Notes: generated by a model from the letters alone, not told the origin. DNA of 64,000 bases from Escherichia coli (GCF_022846255.1 NZ_AP025682.1); one strand, 5' to 3'. Positions 1 through 9,892 are shown, counted from the first letter of the stretch. Translations and numbers: made by a program.

Positions 1-19
1 TCGTCAGGAGGAGATTTAA

Positions 20-1741
20 ATGCGCGCTTTGCTACCCTATCTGGCACTGTATAAACGTCATAAATGGATGTTAAGTCTTGGTATTGTGCTGGCAATTGTC
101 ACGCTGCTCGCCAGTATCGGTCTGTTGACACTTTCCGGCTGGTTCCTCTCCGCCTCAGCGGTAGCGGGGGTTGCCGGACTGTACAGCTTCAACTATATGC
201 TACCCGCTGCGGGCGTGCGTGGCGCAGCAATCACCCGTACTGCCGGGCGCTATTTTGAACGCCTGGTAAGTCACGATGCGACTTTCCGCGTGTTGCAGCA
301 TCTGCGCATTTACACCTTCAGCAAATTACTGCCCCTCTCCCCTGCCGGACTGGCGCGCTATCGTCAGGGCGAATTACTCAACCGCGTGGTGGCGGATGTT
401 GATACGCTCGATCATCTTTACCTGCGCGTTATCTCACCGCTGGTAGGCGCTTTTGTGGTGATTATGGTGGTGACAATCGGGTTAAGTTTCCTTGATTTCA
501 CCCTCGCCTTTACGCTGGGCGGCATTATGTTACTGACGCTTTTCCTGATGCCACCACTGTTTTATCGTGCGGGAAAAAGCACCGGGCAAAATCTGACTCA
601 TCTTCGCGGGCAGTATCGCCAACAACTGACGGCCTGGCTGCAAGGGCAAGCTGAGCTGACCATTTTTGGTGCCAGCGATCGTTATCGCACGCAGTTAGAG
701 AATACCGAAATTCAGTGGCTGGAAGCGCAACGTCGTCAATCTGAACTCACCGCATTATCGCAAGCGATAATGCTGCTCATTGGCGCGTTAGCGGTGATCC
801 TGATGCTGTGGATGGCGTCTGGCGGCGTTGGCGGCAATGCTCAACCCGGCGCGTTAATTGCCCTGTTTGTCTTCTGCGCGTTAGCCGCGTTTGAAGCACT
901 GGCACCAGTAACGGGTGCATTTCAGCATCTGGGGCAAGTCATTGCCTCTGCCGTACGGATCACTGACTTAACGGATCAAAAACCGGAAGTCACCTTCCCT
1001 GATACCCAAACTCGTGTTGCCGATCGCGTTTCGCTGACGTTACGGGATGTTCAGTTCACTTATCCGGAGCAATCCCAACAGGCACTTAAAGGGATTTCTC
1101 TTCAGGTAAACGCCGGGGAACATATAGCGATTCTCGGGCGAACCGGATGCGGCAAATCAACACTGTTACAACTGCTGACCCGCGCATGGGACCCGCAACA
1201 AGGCAAGATTTTGCTTAACGATAGCCCCATAGCCAGCCTGAATGAAGCGACTCTACGACAGACCATCAGCGTTGTGCCACAGCGAGTGCATCTGTTTAGC
1301 GCCACGCTGCGTGATAATCTGTTACTCGCCTCACCTGGCAGTAGTGATGAGGCTCTGGCGGAGATCTTACGTCGCGTTGGTCTGGAGAAGCTGCTCGAGG
1401 ATGCAGGTCTCAACAGTTGGTTAGGTGAAGGCGGACGCCAGCTCTCCGGTGGTGAACTGCGCCGTCTGGCTATCGCCCGTGCGCTGTTACATGATGCGCC
1501 TCTGGTATTGCTGGATGAACCTACAGAAGGCTTAGATGCCACAACCGAAAGTCAGATCCTTGAATTGCTTGCAGAAATGATGCATGAGAAAACGGTGTTA
1601 ATGGTCACCCATCGACTTCGCGGACTCTCTCGTTTCCAACAAATAATAGTGATGGACAACGGGCAAATTATTGAGCAAGGTACTCACGCAGAACTGCTTG
1701 CCAGACAGGGGCGTTATTACCAGTTTAAGCAGGGTTTGTAA
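20..1741 (+). CDS. cydC: ABC transporter CydC (cysteine/glutathione exporter, ATP-binding/permease fusion)
   Basis: 573-aa ORF with N-terminal transmembrane region and C-terminal ABC ATPase motifs (GRTGCGKST Walker A, LSGGELRR signature); position upstream of aat/infA matches recalled K-12 order. Confidence 0.9.
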   Translation: MRALLPYLALYKRHKWMLSLGIVLAIVTLLASIGLLTLSGWFLSASAVAGVAGLYSFNYMLPAAGVRGAAITRTAGRYFERLVSHDATFRVLQHLRIYTFSKLLPLSPAGLARYRQGELLNRVVADVDTLDHLYLRVISPLVGAFVVIMVVTIGLSFLDFTLAFTLGGIMLLTLFLMPPLFYRAGKSTGQNLTHLRGQYRQQLTAWLQGQAELTIFGASDRYRTQLENTEIQWLEAQRRQSELTALSQAIMLLIGALAVILMLWMASGGVGGNAQPGALIALFVFCALAAFEALAPVTGAFQHLGQVIASAVRITDLTDQKPEVTFPDTQTRVADRVSLTLRDVQFTYPEQSQQALKGISLQVNAGEHIAILGRTGCGKSTLLQLLTRAWDPQQGKILLNDSPIASLNEATLRQTISVVPQRVHLFSATLRDNLLLASPGSSDEALAEILRRVGLEKLLEDAGLNSWLGEGGRQLSGGELRRLAIARALLHDAPLVLLDEPTEGLDATTESQILELLAEMMHEKTVLMVTHRLRGLSRFQQIIVMDNGQIIEQGTHAELLARQGRYYQFKQGL

Positions 1742-1782
1742 GCTATTATTGAACGATCCGACTTGCGTGGAGTTTTGCGGTC

Positions 1783-2487
1783 ATGCGCCTGGTTCAGCTT
1801 TCTCGCCATTCAATAGCCTTCCCTTCCCCGGAAGGCGCATTACGTGAGCCTAACGGCCTGCTGGCACTGGGGGGCGATCTTAGCCCTGCGCGCCTGTTAA
1901 TGGCTTACCAGCGTGGTATTTTTCCGTGGTTTTCTCCAGGTGACCCCATCCTCTGGTGGTCGCCCGATCCCCGCGCGGTGCTTTGGCCTGAATCACTGCA
2001 TATCAGCCGTAGTATGAAGCGATTTCATAAACGCTCGCCCTATAGTGTCACGATGAATTACGCTTTTGGTCAGGTCATTGAAGGCTGTGCCAGCGATCGC
2101 GAAGAAGGAACCTGGATCACGCGTGGCGTGGTCGAAGCCTACCATCGCCTTCACGAACTCGGTCATGCCCACTCTATTGAAGTCTGGCGTGAAGATGAGC
2201 TTGTCGGCGGTATGTACGGCGTGGCCCAGGGAACGCTATTTTGTGGCGAGTCCATGTTCAGCCGGATGGAAAATGCGTCTAAAACGGCGCTTCTGGTATT
2301 CTGTGAGGAATTTATCGGTCATGGCGGTAAGCTTATCGACTGCCAGGTCCTTAACGATCACACAGCGTCGCTTGGTGCCTGCGAAATTCCCCGCCGGGAT
2401 TACCTTAATTATCTCAATCAAATGCGCCTCGGACGATTGCCGAATAATTTCTGGGTACCACGGTGCTTGTTTTCACCACAAGAATGA
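1783..2487 (+). CDS. aat: leucyl/phenylalanyl-tRNA--protein transferase
   Basis: 234-aa ORF; size and position between cydC and infA match recalled K-12 Aat. Confidence 0.88.
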   Translation: MRLVQLSRHSIAFPSPEGALREPNGLLALGGDLSPARLLMAYQRGIFPWFSPGDPILWWSPDPRAVLWPESLHISRSMKRFHKRSPYSVTMNYAFGQVIEGCASDREEGTWITRGVVEAYHRLHELGHAHSIEVWREDELVGGMYGVAQGTLFCGESMFSRMENASKTALLVFCEEFIGHGGKLIDCQVLNDHTASLGACEIPRRDYLNYLNQMRLGRLPNNFWVPRCLFSPQE

Positions 2488-2494
2488 ATGTTTT

Positions 2495-2523
2495 CGGCAC
2501 ATTTCTCCCCAGAGTGTTATAAT
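2495..2523 (+). promoter_or_regulatory. candidate sigma70 promoter with extended -10 (TGtTATAAT at 2515-2523) upstream of infA
   Basis: sequence motif read directly; function inferred. Confidence 0.3.
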
Positions 2524-2768
2524 TGCGGTCGCAGAGTTGGTTACGCTCATTACCCCGCTGCCGATAAGGAATTTTTCGCGTCAGGTAACGCCCATCGTTT
2601 ATCTCACCGCTCCCTTATACGTTGCGCTTTTGGTGCGGCTTAGCCGTGTGTTTTCGGAGTAATGTGCCGAACCTGTTTGTTGCGATTTAGCGCGCAAATC
2701 TTTACTTATTTACAGAACTTCGGCATTATCTTGCCGGTTCAAATTACGGTAGTGATACCCCAGAGGAT

Positions 2769-2990
<222 letters not shown>

Positions 2991-3031
2991 TTGTTTTACC
3001 GCCTGATGGGCGAAGAGAAAGAACGAGTAAA

Positions 3032-3056
3032 AGGTCGGTTTAACCGGCCTTTTTTG
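3032..3056 (+). terminator. rho-independent terminator candidate downstream of infA
   Basis: hairpin AGGTCGG-TTTAA-CCGGCCT followed by TTTTT. Confidence 0.5.
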
Positions 3057-3102
3057 CGTCTGAGAGTTACGGGGAATAAATATTCCAGGATGGAGTATTG
3101 AG

Positions 3103-4152
3103 TTTGAAAACTGCCTGTACGGCAGTGAACAGCGCCCGCTTTTTTACCGCGTCAGCGCAGCGTTTCTAAGCTGCCTGTACGGCAGTGAACTCCCTGATTC
3201 AGTTGCGCTCCCCGACGAGCTGTTTCTAAGCTGCCTGTACGGCAGTGAACCGTTGGCGTTTCGCGGCAACAGGTTTTTCAATTTTCTAAGCTGCCTGTAC
3301 GGCAGTGAACGTAGTTTTGATTCCAGCGATAACTGCCTATTTATTTCTAAGCTGCCTGTACGGCAGTGAACGTAGTTTTGATTCCAGCGATAACTGCCTA
3401 TTTATTTCTAAGCTGCCTGTACGGCAGTGAACGATCAGGCCCGGCTTTCCCCACACGTTCGTATTTTCTAAGCTGCCTGTACGGCAGTGAACCGCCTGCC
3501 ATTCAACCTGCAAATAGTTTTCGATTTCTAAGCTGCCTGTACGGCAGTGAACGAACTGTGGCACGAGGTTGCAGGCGTAAGACTTTTCTAAGCTGCCTGT
3601 ACGGCAGTGAACGCCATCTTTGAATATAACGCCCCGATTGTGATTTTCTAAGCTGCCTGTACGGCAGTGAACCCCTACCGTTTTAATAAATGGGATTTGC
3701 ATTATTTCTAAGCTGCCTGTACGGCAGTGAACGCTGAGGTGTTTACAATGCGTGCCGTGCTGGTTTTCTAAGCTGCCTGTACGGCAGTGAACTCTGTTTT
3801 TCGTCAGCAGGATTAAACCAGGCATTTCTAAGCTGCCTGTACGGCAGTGAACTCTCATCAATTACGGGTTCGTTGGCTGGATCTTTTCTAAGCTGCCTGT
3901 ATGGCAGTGAACGTCTTCTGCGCATCCGTACCACTCACCAATGATTTCTAAGCTGCCTGTATGGCAGTGAACTTAATCGGTAACGTTGCTCTAATTCCCC
4001 CTCTTTTCTAAGCTGCCTGTATGGCAGTGAACCCAGCGAGAATTGAGGCTGTTTGCCGTGTGCTTTTCTAAGCTGCCTGTATGGCAGTGAACATAAACGC
4101 GCGCAGGTTGTTGAGGTGCTCGAGTTTCTAAGCTGCCTGTATGGCAGTGAAC
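3103..4152 (-). CRISPR. CRISPR array 1, type I-F repeat; 18 repeats / 17 spacers
   Basis: 28-bp unit TTTCTAAGCTGCCTGTACGGCAGTGAAC on the + strand (reverse complement of the I-F consensus GTTCACTGCCGTACAGGCAGCTTAGAAA) at 60-bp period; repeat starts 3103, 3163, 3223, 3283, 3344, 3405, 3465 ... 4125; spacers 32 bp except a duplicated 33-bp spacer; degenerate terminal repeat at 3103-3130 marks the leader-distal end. Confidence 0.97.
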
Positions 4153-4400
4153 TGGAATAATAGCAGACTATCCGATTGATTTACTGTTAAAACTTACAAA
4201 ATCGCAGATTCAAACCCTTTTTCCAGACTTCAAAACAGAAATAAACAAAATCAATGAGTTACATTTCGCCCTAAAAAAAGGGTCGATTTGGTATTTCTTC
4301 AATCTCATATTTTCTGCATAGCTTTTGATAAACAATTGACCAGAACACATACGGTCATAATCTCCGTCCCGCGAACAGCGTGTTCATTGCGTAACCAAAC
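4153..4400 (-). promoter_or_regulatory. putative CRISPR array 1 leader (AT-rich)
   Basis: AT-rich sequence abutting the conserved end of the array; the degenerate repeat is at the opposite end; promoter not mapped. Confidence 0.45.
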
Positions 4401-4423
4401 AAATCAATCTATATAAATTCTTC

Positions 4424-4452
4424 TTGACCGTTTCACTCCAACTCCCTATAGT
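4424..4452 (+). promoter_or_regulatory. candidate sigma70 promoter of tRNA-Ser (TTGACC -35, 17-bp spacer, TATAGT -10, GC-rich discriminator)
   Basis: motifs read directly, about 45 bp upstream of the tRNA 5' end. Confidence 0.5.
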
Positions 4453-4495
4453 AGCGCCCCGTTGCCACCTATGAGGTCTGGCAGCAAAACAATTT

Positions 4496-4583
4496 GGTGA
4501 GGTGTCCGAGTGGCTGAAGGAGCACGCCTGGAAAGTGTGTATACGGCAACGTATCCGGGGTTCGAATCCCCGCCTCACCGCCA
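4496..4583 (+). tRNA. serW: tRNA-Ser (anticodon GGA)
   Basis: 88-nt sequence GGTGAGGTGTCCGAGTGGCTGAAGGAGCACGCCTGGAAAGTGTGTATACGGCAACGTATCCGGGGTTCGAATCCCCGCCTCACCGCCA; long variable arm, CUGGAAA anticodon loop, encoded CCA. Confidence 0.93.
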
Positions 4584-4596
4584 TCTTTAAAGAAGA

Positions 4597-4624
4597 GCTC
4601 GTACGAAAGTACGGGCTTTTTTTT
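4597..4624 (+). terminator. rho-independent terminator downstream of tRNA-Ser
   Basis: hairpin GCTCGTAC-GAAA-GTACGGGC followed by a T8 tract. Confidence 0.55.
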
Positions 4625-4642
4625 CGCATTGATGCACCTTAA

Positions 4643-4677
4643 ATAAAAAACACGTACTTCCTCTTCGAAAGTACGTG
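4643..4677 (-). terminator. terminator candidate for the fimbrial operon (minus strand)
   Basis: perfect 8-bp inverted repeat CACGTACT/AGTACGTG; on the minus strand it is followed by TTTTTTTATTT. Confidence 0.45.
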
Positions 4678-4704
4678 AAAATCAGTGGCTGATTACCATA
4701 CCCA

Positions 4705-5718
4705 CTAGTCGTAGGATACGGCAAATATGGCTTTGCTTTGGACTTCTCCAGGCTGTAGTGCTTCCTCCTTCACGCGGACATATTTCGCGGTAATCGGGAA
4801 GGTGTACTGATTCTCAATGGCCGCCATTTTAGTTAGTTTGTTCATCAGAGTATCACCCAGCTTTAACGGTGTTGTTGCGTTACCATTATAAATCTGGAAC
4901 CCAACCCCCTTAGCACCATTAAGCGATGTGTTTTTCAGAATGGTTCCACTATCATCCCATTCACCGCGCGCAACTTTAAAAGTCACTGGATTAGTCGTGA
5001 CGTTATAAACACTGTCACAATTTAAAACCAGATCTATAGAACCTGATTTCGTGTTATTGGCAGATTGCATCTCACTTACCGTTGTTTCTGGCATTCTTAT
5101 TTCGTAAATCGGTTGCGAAAAACTACAGGTTGTGGGTTTGTGTTTGATGCTAAATTCTATATTCTGAGTGTAAGAAACATCACTATTTAGTCGCCCAGTA
5201 ACCCAACATAAAAGCCATGATATGATATTATTATTGCAAGAGTTATCTGTTAGTATGCTAATAGCGGGGCGCGGGATGGTTATCTTGTCGATATTGGTGG
5301 TTATAGTATGGTCTACTTTACTCGTTGGCCCAACATATTCTGCCTTAAGAGTGAACGGTTTGGTATTTATCACATCCTGAGTGTTATATTCTTTTGGAGA
5401 AGCACCCAAGGAGTCAGTTCCAGTAGAAACAGGAAAACTACTACTCTCAAGGTTAAATTTCATAAAAATTGATTTCCCCGAATCCGACTCTCTAAGTTCA
5501 ACGATATAATCTTTTAACGGTGTTGCATAATACATTTTATCGCTTGCTGCATTACATGTGAACGTATCGACTAAGTTTGTATGAATTACAGCCGTTACCG
5601 TATCTTGTGCCATATCCAGTTCTATCGTTTGGCTTGCTGTTGTATTAGGCCCCAAGGTACATTTAGCCTGCCCCAAAAAAGGCAAAGCCAGTAAAAACAA
5701 AAACCAATATTTCTTCAT
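4705..5718 (-). CDS. fimbrial tip adhesin-like protein (two-domain, FimH-like organisation)
   Basis: ORF 4705..5739; start trimmed to the ATG at 5718 preceded by AAAGGA; signal peptide MKKYWFLFLLALPFLGQA; C-terminal pilin-like end AIFAVSYD; last gene of a chaperone-usher operon. Confidence 0.7.
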   Translation of the reverse strand: MKKYWFLFLLALPFLGQAKCTLGPNTTASQTIELDMAQDTVTAVIHTNLVDTFTCNAASDKMYYATPLKDYIVELRESDSGKSIFMKFNLESSSFPVSTGTDSLGASPKEYNTQDVINTKPFTLKAEYVGPTSKVDHTITTNIDKITIPRPAISILTDNSCNNNIISWLLCWVTGRLNSDVSYTQNIEFSIKHKPTTCSFSQPIYEIRMPETTVSEMQSANNTKSGSIDLVLNCDSVYNVTTNPVTFKVARGEWDDSGTILKNTSLNGAKGVGFQIYNGNATTPLKLGDTLMNKLTKMAAIENQYTFPITAKYVRVKEEALQPGEVQSKAIFAVSYD

Positions 5719-5729
5719 AAACAAATCCT

Positions 5730-8222
5730 TTAACGACAAATATAAACTTTATTCTCATCAATAACGTTATCAAAGGTAATAGTGCAGAATTGTTCCTGCT
5801 GTTTATTAACCGAGACGCGAATCGACGCGGGAACATCATTGGTGCGAATAAATATCCGACTTCCCTGTCCTACTAAGCCCACATTATTGCCACTTTCATC
5901 TTCAACCTCATAACCAAACGGCAACGGAGAGCCATCAGGTCGTTGGGAGATGAAATACCAGGGCTTGCGTTTATCAGTCTCAAACTGCGTCATCACTACC
6001 GCACCACGATAAGGAACGGTGTTTTTACGGTTACCCAGTAGCGCCACATCGCTTTTACTGTCGGCAATATCCAACATCAACGTATTTTCACGATACGGCG
6101 TCAGGTTGTCATAAATAGCGTAGCCTCTGCTATCCGTGGTCAAGTAACGATATCCCTGCACCGCAGCCCCCTCCAGCCCAGGTGCTTTGACAATGGCAAA
6201 CGTATCGGAAAGTCTGGGAGCCAGTGCCACCCCGTCCGACCACGCGACGAAACCGCCTTGAATATTACCGCTAACCTGTTGATATCTTTTCGACTGGCTA
6301 TAGCTGCCACCAATAGTCGCCAATGGCGCACGCCAGGTCAGGTTTCCACCTGCTGTTGTTTCGCTGCCCTGGTGTTGATGGCTCAAGTTTGCCCCGTAGC
6401 TGAACTGATCGCGGCTCCCCGCTACACCGCTGAGGCTGGTATTATTCGACCGATAGCCGTCTTTATCAAAAGTGGTCGAGTTAGAAACAAATAAATCTCG
6501 TCGTTTTTCAGTGATTCCATCGCCCCACGAGAAGGGAATTGAGAAATATAAGTTAATGCGTCTATCTTCGCGGTTATCTTCGTCGTAGGTCTGGCTAACA
6601 GACAAGGTATAACTAAGGCGTTCCCAGGAGTTCGAATAGCTGAGTTGATAATCTTTCCCTGTCCCGCTGCGTTCCCAATAATCCCGCCATTGACCGCTGA
6701 CCGACAGATATCCCCAATTTTCCGGTAATGACTGGTTTATATTTACAGAAAAGCTGTTCTTACGACCAAAATCGTACTGATAATAGTCGGCGATATCATA
6801 AACTGAGTCATCTTCTCGATTATAACTTTTCCTGTTATTTGCCCTCACGTGATCGTTAAAAGTACGATAATCTCGAGAAGAATAACGCCAGGCCGCCAGC
6901 GAAAATTGCGTTCCACTTTGAGAGAGATATTTGTTCCACGCAATCTGATAACTTTGACCATTAAACACATCACCGTTATCTTGTTCACTGTGGGAATGGG
7001 TAAAATCAACAGATACCGCACCAATCGGTGTATTCCATCCCGTGCCGAGAACAAACGATGAGTAATTATCAGACAACTGCGTGCCAGCATAGAGAGTCAG
7101 CAAATTATTAAGGCCATACTGATAGCTTCCCTGAATAAAATCTGACTGATCGCTGGCTCCCTCAATACGGCTACGTCCGACAGCAAATTCATATTTCGAA
7201 ACGCCCGGTTGCAACATATTTGGTACCGATGAATAAGGTACACGATAACGCGACACCGAACCGTCAGCTTCTTTAACGGTAACTTCCAGATCGGCACCAC
7301 CACCTGCAAGTTGCAAATCATCAATGGCGAATGGACCTGGCGGAACTTCTTTCTGGTAAACCACAAAGCCATTTTGTTCGATAGTGACAAGTGCGTTACT
7401 TTGGGCAACACCACGCACCACAGGCGTAAAATTCTGTTTAGAGTTCGGCAACATCTGCATATCGCGCCAAAGGCGTACACCGCGAAAACGCACGGAGTCA
7501 AAAACATCAGAACCGGTATACATTTCACCAGCACGCAATGTGCCAAGAATATGTGGAATTCCGCGCTCCAGATATAACGTGTTACTCTTCCATTTACCGC
7601 TGTTATCGTCACTTTTCGTATAATTGGCATTTGAATGCAACTGCCAGCCCAGCAGATTCAAACCACTATTCAGATTTAAATAGCTACTTTTATTATCTCC
7701 TCCGTGCTTATAATTACTGTAATACTGACTGGCATAATAAGAAGTATATAATGCGTTAATCCCACGATCCCATGCCTCAGGTGGAACATATCCGCGTTCA
7801 TACTCAACAACATAGGCCTGGGGTACACTCAACTTCAGGTTAAAATGCCCAATATCATAGTCAACGCTACCTCCCTGTACTGCATCCCGAAGAGGTACGC
7901 ATTCTACGCCTTTATCAATATTAATTCCTTCAGTGAGGATACCTATTTGCTTTAACTGCTCCCAAGATAAACATGTCGCATCCGGATCATCTTTAATGTC
8001 GACATTATAGTGTCCGCGCCACTGATTATTCAGGTAAACATCCATATCATAGATACCTGGCATCGGCTTATCACTATCAATATGATAGTCAGAAATTTTT
8101 TCCCCATTTAATCCGCCAATCATAAAATGGGTGTCAAATGTTTCATCTTCCGCCCATGCAAGCGACGTTGCCAACACCGACAGGATAGCCAGCGTAATAG
8201 AATTAAGTTTAGACATAATCAA
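5730..8222 (-). CDS. fimbrial outer-membrane usher protein
   Basis: 830-aa ORF with signal peptide; size and position after the chaperone are typical of PapC/FimD-family ushers. Confidence 0.9.
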   Translation of the reverse strand: MIMSKLNSITLAILSVLATSLAWAEDETFDTHFMIGGLNGEKISDYHIDSDKPMPGIYDMDVYLNNQWRGHYNVDIKDDPDATCLSWEQLKQIGILTEGINIDKGVECVPLRDAVQGGSVDYDIGHFNLKLSVPQAYVVEYERGYVPPEAWDRGINALYTSYYASQYYSNYKHGGDNKSSYLNLNSGLNLLGWQLHSNANYTKSDDNSGKWKSNTLYLERGIPHILGTLRAGEMYTGSDVFDSVRFRGVRLWRDMQMLPNSKQNFTPVVRGVAQSNALVTIEQNGFVVYQKEVPPGPFAIDDLQLAGGGADLEVTVKEADGSVSRYRVPYSSVPNMLQPGVSKYEFAVGRSRIEGASDQSDFIQGSYQYGLNNLLTLYAGTQLSDNYSSFVLGTGWNTPIGAVSVDFTHSHSEQDNGDVFNGQSYQIAWNKYLSQSGTQFSLAAWRYSSRDYRTFNDHVRANNRKSYNREDDSVYDIADYYQYDFGRKNSFSVNINQSLPENWGYLSVSGQWRDYWERSGTGKDYQLSYSNSWERLSYTLSVSQTYDEDNREDRRINLYFSIPFSWGDGITEKRRDLFVSNSTTFDKDGYRSNNTSLSGVAGSRDQFSYGANLSHQHQGSETTAGGNLTWRAPLATIGGSYSQSKRYQQVSGNIQGGFVAWSDGVALAPRLSDTFAIVKAPGLEGAAVQGYRYLTTDSRGYAIYDNLTPYRENTLMLDIADSKSDVALLGNRKNTVPYRGAVVMTQFETDKRKPWYFISQRPDGSPLPFGYEVEDESGNNVGLVGQGSRIFIRTNDVPASIRVSVNKQQEQFCTITFDNVIDENKVYICR

Positions 8223-8230
8223 TCCCTGAT

Positions 8231-8911
8231 CTATTTGACGGTTTTTACTTTTTCACTCAAATAGTTCCCATGGTCATCAATCAGCGTAATTGTATATTGA
8301 TTGATGGCTAAGGCTGTGGTGATAGTCTTATCTGACCAGGGGGCTAATAACAACGTTTCGTGATTTATTTTTCCACTTCCCATCAACTCAGGAATAGTTA
8401 TCCAGTTTGCGGAGTTGTTTTTGATATTAATACCACCATTGGCATGCTTAATGCTCAGACGACGAAAACTTTCTTTATCTACGCCAGTAAGTCCCTCTGG
8501 GCGGTAGATAAATTTAATACGATTCTGCATGGCGAATTTTATGCCATTCTTATCTTCTAATTCGGGGCAATTAGGTGGGATGTCTAGCACATTAAGGAAG
8601 AATAGGCTTTCGCGATCTTTTGGTAGTGTATTCGCCAATTTTTTGATTTTGAGTTGTTGCCCTTCCCCCCCTTTTACGTGAGCGACCGGTGGCGTCAACA
8701 CAAACGGAACATGAATTTTTTCTGGGGGTAGACTGGTATCGCCATCATCAATCCATGACTGAACCAGGGCGCTACGATTACCTTCATTCATTAACTGAAC
8801 GGTAATCTCTTTTTTCTTTTCTGGATAAATAACACGAGTGCCGTAGATATAGACACCACTCCACGCAGGCGTGACTATGCCGGCCAGCAAGAAGGCTATT
8901 AATTTTTTCAT
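8231..8911 (-). CDS. fimbrial periplasmic chaperone (PapD/FimC family)
   Basis: 226-aa ORF with signal peptide MKKLIAFLLAGIVTPAWS; size and operon position. Confidence 0.88.
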   Translation of the reverse strand: MKKLIAFLLAGIVTPAWSGVYIYGTRVIYPEKKKEITVQLMNEGNRSALVQSWIDDGDTSLPPEKIHVPFVLTPPVAHVKGGEGQQLKIKKLANTLPKDRESLFFLNVLDIPPNCPELEDKNGIKFAMQNRIKFIYRPEGLTGVDKESFRRLSIKHANGGINIKNNSANWITIPELMGSGKINHETLLLAPWSDKTITTALAINQYTITLIDDHGNYLSEKVKTVK

Positions 8912-8964
8912 TAAACAATCCTTGTTTGAGAAATCGGCGACCGAAGCCGCCGATAAACACGATA

Positions 8965-9513
8965 TTAATCTGTCACGACAGTCATTGTCAGAGCAGAGTT
9001 AACCGGGCCAGCAGTCACCGCATCACCTGATTGCGCGTATTTCGCACTGAAATTTAGTGTATATTCATTAGAGCTGTTTTTTTCTAACTCAATACTTTTA
9101 TCACCGTCAATCTGTTGAGATTGCCCATCTGCACTCTCATAGTAGACAGCAAAACCAGCACCATTTGGGTTTGCCACAGTATTAATGGTGATATCGCTAC
9201 GATTTGCATCAAACTGACTTCTGGAAAACGTAATTCTGGGAGTCTCATCTCCTGTACATTTGACCGTCAGCGGTACAGTTGTTTTATTTGAATAACCATC
9301 ATAAATATAACCAGCGCTCTTACCATCAAATTGATCAGCACCAATATCGTTCATAGCAATAGTAGCCTGGCTATTTCCGATAAATTGACAAGTAGTTCCA
9401 ACCACATTACCGGTAATAACTAACTCACCCTGTTCACTCCCCTCCTCTGCAAAAGCCCCTGCACTCATAAAAAGAGAAGATAATACTGCAACTGCAATAA
9501 TTGAACGTTTCAT
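8965..9513 (-). CDS. fimbrial major subunit (type 1 pilin-like)
   Basis: 182-aa ORF with signal peptide ending AFA, paired Cys residues, first gene of the operon. Confidence 0.85.
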   Translation of the reverse strand: MKRSIIAVAVLSSLFMSAGAFAEEGSEQGELVITGNVVGTTCQFIGNSQATIAMNDIGADQFDGKSAGYIYDGYSNKTTVPLTVKCTGDETPRITFSRSQFDANRSDITINTVANPNGAGFAVYYESADGQSQQIDGDKSIELEKNSSNEYTLNFSAKYAQSGDAVTAGPVNSALTMTVVTD

Positions 9514-9840
9514 AGTCTATTCCTTAACTAATTTATTCCAGGTGATCAAGAGTCTTTTTCCTCTCGGAAATGAATTTCGCAAATTACATTTTCTATCGCA
9601 ATGTAAACAATTTGTTTTTGTGATTTAAATCAAATTATCAAAAGCATATAACAAACAAAAACATCTACAAAAAATATTTTCCTTGTTTACTATTCGGCAT
9701 TATTTGATGTCTTTGCAAGGTAAATTAATACGTATAATTAATTGTGGTTTTTTATTTTAAATAAACATCCGCATACTGATAAAAGTGTAGGGCATTGAAT
9801 TATTTATTCTATTTCCAGCCAGAAATAGGCTTTTCAATAG

Positions 9841-9870
9841 ACAAAAAGACCTGACAGCAAGGCCAGGTCT
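9841..9870 (-). terminator. terminator candidate downstream of cas6f (end of the cas operon)
   Basis: 7-bp stem AGACCTG/CAGGTCT; on the minus strand it is followed by TTTTTGT. Confidence 0.45.
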
Positions 9871-9892
9871 TTTATACATTACAACTTACTAA

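Noticed and set aside
2066-2662. 198-aa plus-strand ORF overlapping the 3' half of aat in another frame
   Set aside because: Out-of-frame overlap with aat and runs into the infA promoter region; no RBS
3337-3934. ORFs of 63-174 aa spanning CRISPR array 1 on both strands (3337..3861 -, 3366..3623 +, 3743..3934 -)
   Set aside because: Their translations are periodic repeats of the CRISPR unit (HCRTGSLE, FLSCLYGSE, SLPYRQLRK), an artefact of the array and not genes
4384-4629. 81-aa minus-strand ORF overlapping tRNA-Ser
   Set aside because: Overlaps a well-supported tRNA and its promoter and terminator; no RBS; arginine- and serine-rich low-complexity translation
9514-9892. Invertible phase-variation switch (fimS-like) or Pap-type Dam-methylation switch upstream of the fimbrial subunit
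   Set aside because: No flanking inverted repeats and no recombinase gene; only a single GATC site seen rather than the paired sites of pap-like switches
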